Positions 61,153 to 64,000 of a stretch of 64,000 bases of DNA are shown one piece after another. Source of the DNA: an uncultured Chloroflexia bacterium. GTDB lineage: Bacteria > Chloroflexota > Limnocylindria > QHBO01. The notes beneath the pieces are model-generated. The model worked only from the letters and a program-made list of their open reading frames with translations, did not search any database and was not told where the DNA came from. How positions within the stretch are numbered: the first letter of the stretch is position 1; every line of letters starts with the position of its first letter. The translations under genes were made by a program, and so were the position numbers. The stretch lies in assembly GCA_963814375.1 (NCBI GenBank), contig CAWFCQ010000005.1, positions 160,001 to 224,000 on the forward strand. Reading direction: 5' to 3'.

Positions 61153-61330
61153 CGTTGACGCCGAGAGCGATACGGTCACGCCGAACAATCGACGTAGCCC
61201 GTCGCCGACGGAAGCTCGGGCCGGACGCGACTTTATGCGGCTCGTCCGTTCGCGAGATCGTGCTCGAAGCGTCATCTGGGGGCCGTCGAGTTCCAGGACC
61301 CTCCGTACTGGAGCCGACGGCCCCTTCTTC
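61153..61330 (+). ncRNA. Candidate rod-shaped sRNA (6S-like)
   Basis: Promoter ATGCAA-N17-TAAGGT with extended -10 TG. Nested pairing TGACGC/GCGTCA, CGAG/CTCG, CGAT/ATCG, CGAAC/GTTCG, GACG/CGTC, AGCC/GGCT, GTCG/CGAC. Terminator hairpin follows. No credible ORF. Confidence 0.45.
61279..61330 (+). terminator. Intrinsic terminator (possibly bidirectional with carB)
   Basis: GGGGCCGTCG...CGACGGCCCC followed by TTCTTC. Confidence 0.7.
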
Positions 61331-61362
61331 ATGCCCTCCCTCAACCGCGGTGCGCGCCCGCG

Positions 61363-64000
61363 CTAGCCGCCGTGCGCGGCCGCGGCCTGGGCGGCCAGCT
61401 CATGGGCGACCGCAGCGTTTGCGCCCAGCCCGAGGACCTCGCCGGTCGACCGCATCTCGGGACCGAGCTCGACGCTGACGCCCGGCAGCCGCCAGAGGGA
61501 ACCGATCGGCGTCTTGACCGCGACCTGGTCCCCGTCGGCCGCCAGGCCGGGGACGAGCCCGACGGCTTCGAGCGTGGCGCCGAGTGCGCAGCGCACCGCC
61601 GCGGCGACCACATCACGGCCCGTGGCCTTGGCGACGATGGGCACCGTACGGCTTGCGCGCGGGTTGGCCTCGATGACCACGATGCGGTCCCCGGCCACGA
61701 TCATCTGGACGTTGAGGATGCCGCGGACGCCGAGGCCCAGCGCGATGCGCCCGGCGGCCTCGGCCGCGCGCTCCTGGACCTCGCGCGAGAGTCGCTGCGG
61801 CGGGAGCACCGCGACGCTGTCGCCCGAGTGGATGCCGGGCGGGTCGATCTGCTCCAGGATGCCCGGCACGGCCCAGGCCACGCCGTCGCTGATGGCATCC
61901 ACGTCGAGCTCGATCCCGGCCACCAGCTCGTCGACCCGCAGCGGCCAGCCGATGTCGGTCGCGAGGTAGGCCGCCACGTCCCCCTGCGTCCGCAGCACCG
62001 CGATGCCGCGACCGCCGATCACCCACGAGGGTCGGACGATGACCGGCAGCCCGCCGAGCTGCGCGATCGCCGCCCGCAGCTCACGGGCATCGGACGCGAG
62101 CTGCCCCCGCGGCCCATCGAGGCCGAGCTCGTCGAGCAGGAGCGCGAAGCGCTGGCGGTCCTCGGTGATCTCGATGGCCTCGGCCGTCAGCCCGGCGATC
62201 GGCACATCGGCGTAGGCGAGGTCCTTGGCGAGATCGATCGCGGTCTGCCCGCCGAAGGTCAGGACCACCTCGGGCGGCGACCCGGTCAGCGCGCGCTCGT
62301 GGTCGATGATGTCGAGCACCGACTCCGTGTCGAGCGGCTCGAAGTAGAGGCGGGTGCAGGCGTCGTAGTCGGTGCTCACCGTCTCGGGGTTGTTGTTGAT
62401 GACGACGGCGTCGAGCCCCATCTCGCGGATCGCCCAGGCAGCCCGAACGCTGCAGTAGTCGAACTCGATTCCCTGCCCGATGCGGATCGGTCCCGAGCCG
62501 ACCACGATCACGCTGCGCCGATCCGCCGGCGGCGCCACCTCTCGCTCGGCGTAGCTCGAGTAGAAGTACGGCGTCTCGGCCGGAAACTCGCCGGCGCAGG
62601 TATCGACCCGCCGATAGGCCGGACCGATGCCGGCACGCACCCGGGCGCGCCGGACCGCCACGGCGGGCGCGCCAGACAGCGCAGCGATCTCGGCGTCGCC
62701 GAACCCCGCCCGCTTGGCGTCGAGCAGCGGCGAGCCGACGACCGCCGACTCGGCTGCGACCAGCTCGGCGATCCGATCGGTGAACCACGGCGCGATGCCG
62801 GTCGCGGCCGCGATCGTCGCGGCGTCGGCCCAGCCGTGGCGCAGGAGCGCGATCATCCGCCACAGGCGGGTGTCGGTGGGCTCGAGGAAGCCTTCGAGGT
62901 CGGCCGGAGGCCGATCGGTCAGCCCCCAGCCCGCGTCCTCCCACAGCCATCCCCGGCCACGCGGCTCGAGCGACCGGATCGCCTTGAGCAGGGCCGGACC
63001 GAACTCGCGGTCGATCGCCATCGCCTCGCCGGTCGCCTTCATCTGGATGCCGAGGGTCCGGTCGGCGGCCGGGAACTTGTCGAACGGCCAGCGCGGCAGC
63101 TTGACCACGACGTAGTCGACCGCCGGTTCGAAGGCGGCCGAGTTGCCGCCGGTTGCTGGATTCGGCATCTCGTGCAGCCGCCGCCCGAGGGCGATGAGCG
63201 CCGCGATCCGCGCGATCGGGTAGCCGGTCGCCTTCGAGGCCAGCGCCGATGAGCGGCTCACGCGCGGGTTGACCTCGATGACGCGGTAGTCGCTGCCGTC
63301 CGGCGCAACCGCCAGCTGGACGTTGCAGCCGCCCTCCAGGGCGAGGGCGCGCACGATCTTCAGGGCGCATCGGCGCAGGCGCTGGACGACCGGGTCGGGC
63401 AGGGTCTGGATCGGCGCGACGACGATCGAGTCTCCGGTGTGGACCCCCATCGGATCGAGGTTCTCCATGCCGCAGATCGCGATCGTGGTGTCCGATGCGT
63501 CGCGCAGGACCTCCCATTCGATCTCGTACCAGCCCAGCAGCGAGCGCTCGACGAGGACCTGGCCGATGGGGCTGGCGGCGAGGCCAGTCGCGATCCGTTC
63601 TCGGGCCTCCGCGGCGGTTCGCGCGAACCCCCCTCCTCCACCGCCGAGCGTGAATGCCGGCCGGATCACGATCGGGGCGTTCAGGTGCTCGAAGAACCGG
63701 ATCCCATCCTCGAGCGATTCGACGACCGCGGACTCGGGCACCGGCTCGCCGATGCCCATCACCAGCGAGCGGAAGCCCCCGCGGTCCTCCGCCGCCCGCA
63801 CCGCCGCCAACGGGGTGCCGAGAACGCGGACGCCGCACCGATCCAGGACGCCGGCGTCGTCGAGCGCCACTGCCAGGTTGAGGCCGGTCTGCCCGCCGAG
63901 CGTCGGGAGCAGGGCGTCCGGCCGGTGCTCCTCGATCACGCGAGTGACGAAGTCCAGCGTCAGCGGTCCGATCACCACCGTGCCGCCGACGTCCGGATCG
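61363..64000 (-). CDS. carB: Carbamoyl-phosphate synthase large subunit (5' end outside the window; no MGS domain)
   Basis: LPTLGGQTGLN, ENLDPMGVHTGDS, IEVNPRVSRSSALASKATG, GSGPIRIGQGIEFDY, NNNPETVSTDYD, GPEMRSTGEV. Confidence 0.95.
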   Translation of the reverse strand, partial: DPDVGGTVVIGPLTLDFVTRVIEEHRPDALLPTLGGQTGLNLAVALDDAGVLDRCGVRVLGTPLAAVRAAEDRGGFRSLVMGIGEPVPESAVVESLEDGIRFFEHLNAPIVIRPAFTLGGGGGGFARTAAEARERIATGLAASPIGQVLVERSLLGWYEIEWEVLRDASDTTIAICGMENLDPMGVHTGDSIVVAPIQTLPDPVVQRLRRCALKIVRALALEGGCNVQLAVAPDGSDYRVIEVNPRVSRSSALASKATGYPIARIAALIALGRRLHEMPNPATGGNSAAFEPAVDYVVVKLPRWPFDKFPAADRTLGIQMKATGEAMAIDREFGPALLKAIRSLEPRGRGWLWEDAGWGLTDRPPADLEGFLEPTDTRLWRMIALLRHGWADAATIAAATGIAPWFTDRIAELVAAESAVVGSPLLDAKRAGFGDAEIAALSGAPAVAVRRARVRAGIGPAYRRVDTCAGEFPAETPYFYSSYAEREVAPPADRRSVIVVGSGPIRIGQGIEFDYCSVRAAWAIREMGLDAVVINNNPETVSTDYDACTRLYFEPLDTESVLDIIDHERALTGSPPEVVLTFGGQTAIDLAKDLAYADVPIAGLTAEAIEITEDRQRFALLLDELGLDGPRGQLASDARELRAAIAQLGGLPVIVRPSWVIGGRGIAVLRTQGDVAAYLATDIGWPLRVDELVAGIELDVDAISDGVAWAVPGILEQIDPPGIHSGDSVAVLPPQRLSREVQERAAEAAGRIALGLGVRGILNVQMIVAGDRIVVIEANPRASRTVPIVAKATGRDVVAAAVRCALGATLEAVGLVPGLAADGDQVAVKTPIGSLWRLPGVSVELGPEMRSTGEVLGLGANAAVAHELAAQAAAAHGG

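Overview
High-GC bacterial chromosome segment. A Chloroflexota (Limnocylindria/Ellin6529-like) origin is my inference from gene content and order, not a verified assignment. The backbone is housekeeping: apt, acnA, mfd, pth, amtB, a Firmicutes-like lepA-hemW-hrcA-grpE-dnaK...dnaJ-prmA-rsmE-HIT...rpsU-yqeY-pgpH-ybeY run next to rpsT, then ROK kinase-gap-pgk-eno, udp and a partial carB. Accessory blocks interrupt this run. The most notable block (16.6-23.5 kb) is a tandem array of three ECF sigma factor/membrane anti-sigma cassettes. Each has an ECF-type promoter and a conserved terminator. All three anti-sigma genes carry a GGAGG Shine-Dalgarno exactly 9 nt before an internal Met that begins the transmembrane segment. 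The cassettes also appear recombined at that segment: cassette 3 resembles cassette 1 upstream and cassette 2 downstream. The second block is an arginine deiminase operon inserted between dnaK and dnaJ, with two unrelated antiporters and a P-type ATPase lacking the canonical acidic ion-binding residues. Other observations: two CIRCE elements, a candidate rod-shaped ncRNA, S20 with a long basic tail, CarB without the MGS domain, and many apparently leaderless genes. Many single-base frameshifts in conserved genes look like long-read consensus errors.
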